Positions 55,979-64,000 of a stretch of DNA of 64,000 bases are shown here, piece after piece (within the stretch, counting starts at the first letter, position 1; every line of letters starts with the position of its first letter). The notes under the pieces were generated by a model. The model was not told the DNA's origin. It saw nothing but the letters and a program-made list of their open reading frames with translations, and ran no database searches. Location: the IMG/VR virus record IMGVR_UViG_3300042542_006078. The stretch is one strand, 5' to 3'. Both the position numbers and the translations under genes were made by a program. Origin of the DNA: a virus. Lineage: Duplodnaviria; Caudoviricetes.

Positions 55979-56587
55979 ATGTCACAAGAAAGCATGCATT
56001 ATATTCAGTATCTTTCAGGAATTATTTCTGAAGAAAGATTCTATGAAATTGAAGAACAATTTAATGAAGGATTGGCCAGAAATCTTATGGGAGCAGGCGC
56101 TCTTGCAATGGGAAGTCTTTTCGGAGGACCATCTGCTTCAGCCCAAACACCACCTCCAGCAGCAATAACGAAGAGTGTCGATGAATTCGGTGTTGATGAT
56201 GATGAAACCGTTCATCATGATGCAAAACAATACACAAAAGAACTAGTTGCCAAATTAAGGATTCACAGAAATGGTTTTGAAGACAAATATGGCAGAGAAG
56301 GAGCGGATTTAGGAAGAATGACAATCAATAAAATTATCAAAGCTGAATCTTCACCAAATGGAAAAAAAGTTATTGTGACTATTTCTGGAATGGCAAGAGG
56401 TACTAAAGGATCATTACCCGGAAAATCAGAAGAAGCGATTAAGTCTTTAATGGGTCAAGCAGGATCTGTGAGAGTTTTTGGAGTAGAAAATAGCGGCAAA
56501 TGGATGGGAGAAGTTCCTGAAGACATCGTCTCTCCCGGTTCTAAATTATACCCATTTACTGCCCAAGTTGTAATCACGGGCAAATGA
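55979..56587 (+). CDS. Phage protein, shared 50-aa leader paralog 2
   Basis: Same leader, unrelated C-terminus; GAGG RBS. Confidence 0.8.
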   Translation: MSQESMHYIQYLSGIISEERFYEIEEQFNEGLARNLMGAGALAMGSLFGGPSASAQTPPPAAITKSVDEFGVDDDETVHHDAKQYTKELVAKLRIHRNGFEDKYGREGADLGRMTINKIIKAESSPNGKKVIVTISGMARGTKGSLPGKSEEAIKSLMGQAGSVRVFGVENSGKWMGEVPEDIVSPGSKLYPFTAQVVITGK

Positions 56588-56709
56588 AAAAATTAATTTA
56601 TATTTGAAATTCAAAAGCCAGTTGTTATGACAACTGGCTTTAATCATTTAATGGCTGGTGAAAAATATAGACGAAAATTATAATATAATCAATAATAGAT
56701 ATTTTAATT

Positions 56710-57831
56710 ATGCAAAATATACCTCTATTCAAAGTTTTTATAGAAGAAAATTGCCATAAAGAAATATCTAAAACAATACAATCTGGATTCATTGGTCAAG
56801 GACAAAAGGTAGAAGATTTTGAAGTCGAATTGCAGAATCTCCTTAAATCTCCTTTCATAAATACAACGAATTCAGCAACATCCGCAATTCATTTAGCTCT
56901 CCATCTAATAAAAGAATTTTCAACTAAAACAAGAAATCAAGTCATCACAACACCATTGACATGCACAGCCACAAACATACCAATTCTTCACTACGAAATG
57001 AATCCAGTTTGGGCAGACATTAACCCAATGAACTGCAATATAGACATTGATGATGTTCATAAGAAAATAGACAAAAACACATTAGCAGTCATGGTTGTTC
57101 ATTGGGCAGGTTATCCAGTCGATATGGATAAAATTAACGACATACTTGATCATCACCAAAGCAAAAACAAATTCAGACCATTCCTAATAGAAGACTGCTC
57201 CCACGCCATCGCAACAAGATCACATTATCCAACTGATAATAACTTCGCTGTATACAGTTTTGGACCAATCAAACACCTCACAACAGGAGATGGAGGATGC
57301 CTAGTTTCTCCAAACGAATACTTCCACAAAAAAGCCAAATTACTTAGATGGTACGGACTTGACAGAACATCTAAAAAAGACTTCAGATGCGAACAAAATA
57401 TCGAGGAACCCGGATACAAATTCCACATGAATGACATCAATGCAACAATAGGACTTCAAAACATTAAAAAAATTCACGATATCGTCAACAAACATAGAAA
57501 AAATGCTGATTATCTCAGGAACAAAATAACCCAAGTGACACACCTTGAACACGAAAAACAATCATCAGACTGGATTCTCACAGTCCATGTGAAAAATAGA
57601 GATCAATTCGTTAATCACATGTCTGAAAATGGAATCCAAACAAGCAGAGTCCATGATAGAAATGATAAACATACAATTTTCAACAAATATAAAACAGAAT
57701 TACCTAAAACAACACAAACTTGTGATACAATGATTTGCATACCTTGCGGATGGTGGCTCAATCAAGAAAACCTCGAACACATTGTCAACAAGGCAAATGA
57801 AGGAGATTGGAAATGTTCTCTTACGAATTGA
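56710..57831 (+). CDS. DegT/DnrJ/EryC1/StrS family sugar aminotransferase (PLP-dependent)
   Basis: NSATSAIHLAL, TTPLTCTAT, IEDCSHA, YSFGPIKHLTTGDGG, GYKFHMND. Confidence 0.95.
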   Translation: MQNIPLFKVFIEENCHKEISKTIQSGFIGQGQKVEDFEVELQNLLKSPFINTTNSATSAIHLALHLIKEFSTKTRNQVITTPLTCTATNIPILHYEMNPVWADINPMNCNIDIDDVHKKIDKNTLAVMVVHWAGYPVDMDKINDILDHHQSKNKFRPFLIEDCSHAIATRSHYPTDNNFAVYSFGPIKHLTTGDGGCLVSPNEYFHKKAKLLRWYGLDRTSKKDFRCEQNIEEPGYKFHMNDINATIGLQNIKKIHDIVNKHRKNADYLRNKITQVTHLEHEKQSSDWILTVHVKNRDQFVNHMSENGIQTSRVHDRNDKHTIFNKYKTELPKTTQTCDTMICIPCGWWLNQENLEHIVNKANEGDWKCSLTN

Positions 57832-58316
57832 ATCTAAGGAAATTAGATCAAAAAGATTTGAATTTTTTACTCAAACTCAAAATGTCATCTCAAGAATATC
57901 ATCACAGAACAGCAATAATAAACGAGACAGATCAAAATTTATGGTTCAATTCAATTCATCTTGATTCACATCATCCAAAAAGTGTTTACCTTGTGGGTTA
58001 TTCAGAAGATGAAATGGATGTTGGTGTATTCGGACTCGCAAACATCAATTACATAAACGGCACAGCAGAAATACTATGTGACATAATTCCAGAACTAAGA
58101 AATCAAGGATATGGAGGAAAACTACTCAGATCTGGAATCAAATTTTCAAAATCAATACTTAATCTTAGAAAACTTGGATGCGAAGTACTCGAAAATAACA
58201 ACCCTTGTATGAAAATGCTTACCAAAAATGGTTTCTCCCAAGAGGGAATCAAAGTTAAACAAGTTTTCAAAAATGGAGATTATCTAGACAGCGTTATATT
58301 TGGACTAATGCTGTAA
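57807..58316 (+). CDS. GNAT N-acetyltransferase (PseH/RimJ-like)
   Basis: LRKLDQKD, RNQGYGG (acetyl-CoA loop), EVLENN, GFSQEG. Confidence 0.88.
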   Translation: MEMFSYELNLRKLDQKDLNFLLKLKMSSQEYHHRTAIINETDQNLWFNSIHLDSHHPKSVYLVGYSEDEMDVGVFGLANINYINGTAEILCDIIPELRNQGYGGKLLRSGIKFSKSILNLRKLGCEVLENNNPCMKMLTKNGFSQEGIKVKQVFKNGDYLDSVIFGLML

Positions 58317-58328
58317 ATTTTTTCAAAT

Positions 58329-60638
58329 TTAATTTCTAGCCCATCTATCCGACTTTCCACTATAATAATCTATTTTGCCCTTTCTTCTTGAACCAAAATT
58401 AAACTTCCCAGCAATATCCTCAACATCTCTTCCCTTTTCAACCCTTATCTTTAGATTGACTATATCTTTTTTAAGATCGCTAATCATGTTCGACAATATT
58501 GGCAATTTTTCCAAGAAATTTTCTTTCTCTTTTTCGCTAAGATTTTTTTCTTTACTTAGAACATTATAAACATTTTTTAATTTGATCAATTCATTTACAA
58601 TATTTTTCACCTTATCAGATAAAACATTGACTCCCAACTCTCCTGATCTGTTGAAATTATCACGCATCTTTTCAATCAACTTTTCAAGCAAATCAAAATT
58701 TTTAATCTCTGACCTAGCAAAAGAAGTATGTGTTATGACATCAGACAAAATCATATTATAATCAGCACCAGCATCGAGAAGCTTTTCAATATATTTAATT
58801 TTTAAGGAATGACTTAAACCATTAGTGCTTAAAATACTTTCTCCCATTTCGCTCAAATGAATGCCACTCATAAGAGAATGACGAGAATCAGTATCATTCT
58901 TATCAGATTCAATTTGTTTTATCTCATGATCTAAAATATGATCGGCAATTTCCTCTTTACCCATATGCAAAGATTTTACCAATAAATTTATATTATTGGT
59001 ACGAGCATTTTGCCAATTTTCATTATTTGAATAATCTTTGTCGTAATAATCTTCTCCAGAAAAATCAAATTCCCTGTCTTTCATTCCTTTAGGACGACCA
59101 TACTTGCCTCCAGAATCGAAATGCTTCTTGAAGCTATCATCATCGCCTTTATCCAAACTTATGACCATTTTGGCGTGAGGATGTAATTTTTCTATATCTG
59201 AATTTTCCAAAGATGATAATTCATTTCCGGCAATATCAATACCAGCATGACTGTTTTGAATTATAACTGACTTATAAAGATTAAAATCTTTTTCTCTCAA
59301 AATTTCTCTTTCATCTACACACAAAGGAACAATATAACCTTTGCGACCAAGAGTAGCATTGATTTTTTTAGACATTCTTTTCCATAATTCATCAACCAAT
59401 TCTTTATCCCCATTGTCAAGCAAAGTCCTCATTAAAAAGCCTTCTCCAATTTTTCCATAAACTCCCATTTGAGTAATATTATCGGCAAATTTAGAAATAA
59501 CTTTTTTTCTCTCATCCCTCATGTTCTTGCTAATGAATTCAAATTCTTCTTCATTTATCGGGTAGGCATGAACATTGGCATCCACAGAAATTAAACGAAA
59601 ATGCATATACTTTTTGCCCAAATCCTTGTCAGACAAAATATAATTTAACTGAGAACCAGTCATATTCAAGCCAGTAGAAACATATTGTTCCAACAAATCC
59701 CTTAACTTGTGCTTAACCAAGAAATCAAACTGCTCATCACTTAACTTGTGGCCACGACCTATGTAAGAACTCTTTTGAGCAGGATTTAATCTTATAAACC
59801 AATCATAAGAAAGATTCTCATTTCCCAAAAGTTCATTTTCTTGCTTCTCTAAATCATTGTGAGGATTGTTCTTGAATATCGAAGTGTCAATTCCTTTGCT
59901 TCTCAGATAAATAAAGTATTTTGTGTGATCCACATCTCTTAAATCGGAATTTTCAGGATTTTGACAACTTCCTGTCCTGTTAATCCTATCAGTCAATAAA
60001 ATCTTGCCATAACTACCAACATCAACTACCACAATATCCAAATTATCATTCCTATTGGAATCAAAAACGAAATAAAATGTCGCAGCATGAGAATCACGAT
60101 ATGACTTAAACATTTTGTTTCCCGGCTGAGAAATACAAAATGTCGTTCCACGACCCAATATTATCGCATCAGCAACATTTTCAGCCTTGAAAACTTTAAT
60201 ACTATTATCACTATTCGCAAAAACAGGACGCAAACGGGAAATATCCTCGTCACTAGGACGATAACGGGAAGCAGATCTGCTCCTCTCCTCTTCCTCCATT
60301 CCATGCATCGCTGCTGTCCATTCCAAATAATTGGAATATTGCCTAAACTGAGTATTCAAATTTCCACTATCATCAAATGTAAACAACTTCATCTTGTTCC
60401 TGCCAACAAGACGATGATAAACATCAATGTCATTGCCCAATGTTCTTAAATCAGGCTGACTTTTACTAAAATAAGCAGCAACCAACAAATACTTGTTCTT
60501 CTCTTCAGGTTTGATCCCATCTGGCAATATCTCACCTAACTTAATCAAAAAATTAGTATCACCACCAACCAAATTCAACGCAATCTCAGAAGGCTTCTTA
60601 GCCTCATTAAAATAAAACCATTCACTAAAGTTTAACAT
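58329..60638 (-). CDS. Large FxxW-leader phage protein, paralog of 60741..62408
   Basis: MLNFSEWFYFNE; shared LLVAAY, GTTFCISQPGNKMFKSYRD, FYFVFD and KSSYIGRGH blocks; helical C-terminus. Confidence 0.85.
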   Translation of the reverse strand: MLNFSEWFYFNEAKKPSEIALNLVGGDTNFLIKLGEILPDGIKPEEKNKYLLVAAYFSKSQPDLRTLGNDIDVYHRLVGRNKMKLFTFDDSGNLNTQFRQYSNYLEWTAAMHGMEEEERSRSASRYRPSDEDISRLRPVFANSDNSIKVFKAENVADAIILGRGTTFCISQPGNKMFKSYRDSHAATFYFVFDSNRNDNLDIVVVDVGSYGKILLTDRINRTGSCQNPENSDLRDVDHTKYFIYLRSKGIDTSIFKNNPHNDLEKQENELLGNENLSYDWFIRLNPAQKSSYIGRGHKLSDEQFDFLVKHKLRDLLEQYVSTGLNMTGSQLNYILSDKDLGKKYMHFRLISVDANVHAYPINEEEFEFISKNMRDERKKVISKFADNITQMGVYGKIGEGFLMRTLLDNGDKELVDELWKRMSKKINATLGRKGYIVPLCVDEREILREKDFNLYKSVIIQNSHAGIDIAGNELSSLENSDIEKLHPHAKMVISLDKGDDDSFKKHFDSGGKYGRPKGMKDREFDFSGEDYYDKDYSNNENWQNARTNNINLLVKSLHMGKEEIADHILDHEIKQIESDKNDTDSRHSLMSGIHLSEMGESILSTNGLSHSLKIKYIEKLLDAGADYNMILSDVITHTSFARSEIKNFDLLEKLIEKMRDNFNRSGELGVNVLSDKVKNIVNELIKLKNVYNVLSKEKNLSEKEKENFLEKLPILSNMISDLKKDIVNLKIRVEKGRDVEDIAGKFNFGSRRKGKIDYYSGKSDRWARN

Positions 60639-60664
60639 GAATTATTTAGAGAATATCAACGAAA
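60627..60664 (-). repeat. 38-bp exact repeat spanning promoter and start codon (second copy 62397..62434)
   Basis: aaagtttaacatgaattatttagagaatatcaacgaaa at both sites. Confidence 0.9.
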
Positions 60665-60740
60665 TTTATTCTCTTTCCTTGACTATTTCAAATAGTCAAC
60701 AACATCATCACCAATTTGTGCTTATTCATAAAATACATCT

Positions 60741-62408
60741 CTAACTATAAGAATATTCACTACTTCTTCTCGCTTGCAAATAATCAACTATATCCTTATG
60801 ACCATTTTGTTCTGCACCAGCAATTGCATAATTATAATTACTTATTTCTGCGCCTTTGAATAAAAGATATTTAACAAGATTCAAATTACCAGCCGATGCT
60901 GCATTAGCAACTGCGTTTTTACCTATTTCTATTGGAAATTTATTTATTTCTTCGGCTTTATCAATAAGATCTTTAACAAAATCTAAATCACCAGTTGCCG
61001 ATGCAGAAGAAATTAATTTTTCGCTAATTGGGACACCTTTTTTTACAAGATATCTAACAAGATCAAAATTTTTATCTCTTGTTGCTACAAGGACTGCGTC
61101 ATGGCTAACTGGGGCACCTTTTTCTACAAGATATCTAACAATATCAAAATTTTTATCTTTTCCCGACCTCACTGTTTGCCATATTGCTACAAGGACTGCG
61201 TTTTCGCTAATTTTAGCACCACTTTCTACAAAATGCTTAACAGTATCAAAATCATTAAATTCAATTGCCATGTTTATTTTGTTATAATCTTCACTATCAT
61301 TTATTTTCTCATAATAGCTTTCTTTCTGTTTAGAACTCAATAAATAATATTCTTTAGCAGTTAAATTTCTACTATTCTGATCAGAAATTAATCTATTATG
61401 AATATAATTGTCCTTCAAATCACGAATTTTTGCTATTTTATCAATTTGATAATCATCTAATGGCAACCCAGTTTTAACATATTGAGTCAGCAGAGAATTA
61501 AACTTGTTATCCAATAAAAAATCAAATTGCTGATTAGTCAATGGATGCCCTCTTCCAATATATTTTGACTTATAATCAGGAGACAAAGAAATAAACCAAT
61601 TCAAATCACCTTTAGCTTCTCCTAATTTTTCATCTTCTTCTTTTTCTTCTGGCGACTTGGGAATATTTACAATTTTTGATAAATCAATACCCTTCTCCTT
61701 AAGATATTTCATATAAGACTTAGGATCAGTAGTCAATTCTCCAGTATATGGATCTAATGTTTTGCCAGTCGTATTGACCTTGTCTGTGAGAACAGTTTTA
61801 TATTGTGTTTGATCAACAACCACAATACCCAATCTGTCATCCCTCGTATCATCATACACAAAATAAAAGGTGCTAGTCTGATTGTCACGATAACTTTGCC
61901 ACATTCTGTTTCCGGGTTGACTTATGCAAAAACTCTGACCTTTTCCAAGTATAATACATTGTTCTGTATTGTTAGCTTTATAAACCCTTATCTTGCCACC
62001 TGAGCCAGTCAAAATTGGCTTCTCATTCTGGAAATCAATATCGCTAGGCTTAAAATTAGATTTTTCCTTATTTGATTCTTCTCCTTTATTTCCATGAATA
62101 ATCTGAGTCCAATAAAGATAATTATCCCAAGGACTAGGTGGTTTTTTAGAAACTAAATCCACAGATATCATTTTCATCTTGTCTCTGTTCAAATAACCAA
62201 TATAATCCTTTATATCGATTTTAATTTGATTCAAATCTTTAGTTTTACTGTAATAATATGCTGCTAGCAATAATAACTTATCTGCATTTTTATTGTTTTG
62301 TGGAATAACTGTGGATAAAGCATTCAAAACAGCACCAGCCAACTCTGATGCCAAAGCCTTCTCTTCTTTGGTTTCATTTATCAATAACCATTCACGAAAG
62401 TTTAACAT
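60741..62408 (-). CDS. FxxW-leader phage protein with C-terminal ankyrin repeats
   Basis: MLNFREWLLINE; repeats such as NFDIVRYLVEKGA, NLNLVKYLLFKGA and GHKDIVDYL. Confidence 0.88.
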   Translation of the reverse strand: MLNFREWLLINETKEEKALASELAGAVLNALSTVIPQNNKNADKLLLLAAYYYSKTKDLNQIKIDIKDYIGYLNRDKMKMISVDLVSKKPPSPWDNYLYWTQIIHGNKGEESNKEKSNFKPSDIDFQNEKPILTGSGGKIRVYKANNTEQCIILGKGQSFCISQPGNRMWQSYRDNQTSTFYFVYDDTRDDRLGIVVVDQTQYKTVLTDKVNTTGKTLDPYTGELTTDPKSYMKYLKEKGIDLSKIVNIPKSPEEKEEDEKLGEAKGDLNWFISLSPDYKSKYIGRGHPLTNQQFDFLLDNKFNSLLTQYVKTGLPLDDYQIDKIAKIRDLKDNYIHNRLISDQNSRNLTAKEYYLLSSKQKESYYEKINDSEDYNKINMAIEFNDFDTVKHFVESGAKISENAVLVAIWQTVRSGKDKNFDIVRYLVEKGAPVSHDAVLVATRDKNFDLVRYLVKKGVPISEKLISSASATGDLDFVKDLIDKAEEINKFPIEIGKNAVANAASAGNLNLVKYLLFKGAEISNYNYAIAGAEQNGHKDIVDYLQARRSSEYSYS

Positions 62409-62497
62409 GAATTATTTAGAGAATATCAACGAAAATTTATTGTCTTTTTTTAACTGATTTCAAATAATCAAAAATATCATTACATAATTTTTATCAA

Positions 62498-63292
62498 TCA
62501 AGACTCAATCCAATCCTGTCCATTATGAACTAAAATTTTAGTCACAGGTAAAGAACTTTCTCCTGTGTACTTCAAAGCCATAGGATTCTTTCCATAATTA
62601 TTCTGGAAAAACCAAGATTCTAACTTTTTATGCAATTCTGGATTACGATCCTGATGAGCATAATAAAAAGGAGCTATATTAGATGCTGCTCCTGCACTGT
62701 AATAAGGGTTATCATTCAACAAAGGATCACGAACACTTCCGATTCTACCGGGAAATTTACCATACAAATTTCTGTATTCAGGATTCTTCTTGATAGTCGA
62801 AAATGGAACTGGCTCGGCATCAATACCAGTCAACTTTTCTCCAACTTCATCCTTTGACAAATATTTTTTTGTCTTGTCTGTTAAATTAACATCTCCCAAC
62901 TTGTTCAGCTTTCCAACTCTTTTAGAAGCATAAGTAAGAATGTCTTTCGCATGATTCTCAATGTCCAAATCCCATTCACCAAAATCAATATTTGGAACAT
63001 CTATTACAACAACTATAGGATTACCCTCTAAAGAACCCTTCAAACCATACAATTCTCTTTTCATACGAGCCAAAGCATGAGTTTTTGCGCTTTCATCCGA
63101 TGTCCAAAGAAACAAACCACCTCCCTGACCATGACCATATCCCGAAGACCTAGCACCATCCCTCTTAAATGAATTCAATACCTCATCGTCCTTTCCAGAA
63201 CTAGTTCCATGATAAAACCTGAAAGGACCACTAATAACAAAATCATCAGAATAAACCTCATCATGTCGAAGCCAATCTTTGAAATATATCAT
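62498..63292 (-). CDS. ADP-ribosyltransferase-like protein with FxxW leader
   Basis: MIYFKDWLRHDE; FYHGTS...GGGLFLWTSDESAKTHA resembles the H-Y-type ART strands. Confidence 0.5.
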   Translation of the reverse strand: MIYFKDWLRHDEVYSDDFVISGPFRFYHGTSSGKDDEVLNSFKRDGARSSGYGHGQGGGLFLWTSDESAKTHALARMKRELYGLKGSLEGNPIVVVIDVPNIDFGEWDLDIENHAKDILTYASKRVGKLNKLGDVNLTDKTKKYLSKDEVGEKLTGIDAEPVPFSTIKKNPEYRNLYGKFPGRIGSVRDPLLNDNPYYSAGAASNIAPFYYAHQDRNPELHKKLESWFFQNNYGKNPMALKYTGESSLPVTKILVHNGQDWIES

Positions 63293-63308
63293 AAATTATT
63301 AATCCCAT

Positions 63309-63989
63309 TTATCTATAAATCCACTCACTCTGACGCATATATCCCGGCATTCCTAATCCACGCATCCCAGCTTCCCAATCTCCACGACTACTAACCTTCA
63401 CTCCACCCAATCCTAACTTCTCCATAGCAGCCTTCTTCTCAACTGGATTCATCAAATGTAACCTCTGACGCAATTCCAATTTCTCACGATCAGAATCACT
63501 CATAGCCACACCAACATTTCCACCCATTACCTTACTTATATGTACCGTTCCCAACAAAGGCGTACTTACAAAAACATCCTTACCTACAAAATATTCTTCC
63601 ATAGACCTCAAACAATCTACCAAATTGCGTGAATATACAGATTTCTCATCATTCCAAAAACTCACTAACAAAAACTTAACCTTCATATTATCATCTTTTT
63701 TCCTACTATCAAGAAATATAGACCAATTTCCCATCCTTCCCATTAAATCATGCTTAATTCCCTTTACCCTGTAATCATAACTACTATCATATCCCAAACT
63801 GTCCCGCCTATCCTGCAACTCATCCCTCATATCAATCAAATCTACATGATTCCTAAAATTAATATTGTCAACATCACTAGTATACAACTTACCACCAGAT
63901 ACCACTTCCTTACCCAAATATATAAATAGACGCTTAATCTGATTAGAACCTAAACCAAATATGTCATCAGGTATGTCATCAGGACTCAT
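63309..63989 (-). CDS. Phage protein, distant member of paralog family A
   Basis: LFIYL...NH..LI...GRMG core; tail contains GDW, GMP and MRQ elements. Confidence 0.6.
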   Translation of the reverse strand: MSPDDIPDDIFGLGSNQIKRLFIYLGKEVVSGGKLYTSDVDNINFRNHVDLIDMRDELQDRRDSLGYDSSYDYRVKGIKHDLMGRMGNWSIFLDSRKKDDNMKVKFLLVSFWNDEKSVYSRNLVDCLRSMEEYFVGKDVFVSTPLLGTVHISKVMGGNVGVAMSDSDREKLELRQRLHLMNPVEKKAAMEKLGLGGVKVSSRGDWEAGMRGLGMPGYMRQSEWIYR

Positions 63990-64000
63990 ATAAGGCCCCT

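Noticed and set aside
1-64000. Stop-codon reassignment (codes 15 or 4), as in some large phages
   Set aside because: Recognisable proteins are full length in code 11, and TAG, TGA and TAA all end genes at expected positions

Overview
AT-rich, gene-dense 64 kb segment that reads as part of a very large (jumbo/huge) dsDNA phage genome, most likely infecting a Planctomycete. No capsid, terminase or portal gene lies in the window, so the viral assignment is inferred from gene content. The host is inferred from a DUF1559 prepilin-type gene and planctomycete-style CsrA, ClpX and sigma factor. Standard code 11 fits. Content: (i) host-control genes: CsrA, ClpX, three sigma-70-like proteins, SET-domain protein, ParB-like protein, SNF2 helicase, MscL-like channel, acyl carrier protein, RNA ligase; (ii) a dispersed glycan-modification set: five GT2-like and one exostosin glycosyltransferase, three SAM methyltransferases, a sulfotransferase-like protein, and a PseB/PseC/PseH-like dehydratase, aminotransferase and acetyltransferase; (iii) about 12 proteins with a T4 capsid-targeting-like N-terminus (F-x-[ED]-[WF]...E), several directly after a TAAATA-N4-ATG late-promoter-like signal, including nucleotidyltransferase, kinase-like, ART-like, HhH-glycosylase-like, ankyrin and intein-containing proteins; (iv) RNA features absent from the ORF track: a tRNA-Ile(UAU) split by a 229-nt group I (IC3-like) intron, two candidate structured ncRNAs, a three-copy riboswitch-like leader motif and a recurrent 19-nt palindrome before many RBSs. 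One gene missing from the ORF track (1..1108, minus, runs off the window) was recovered. All family calls come from motif recognition by eye; no database searches were run.
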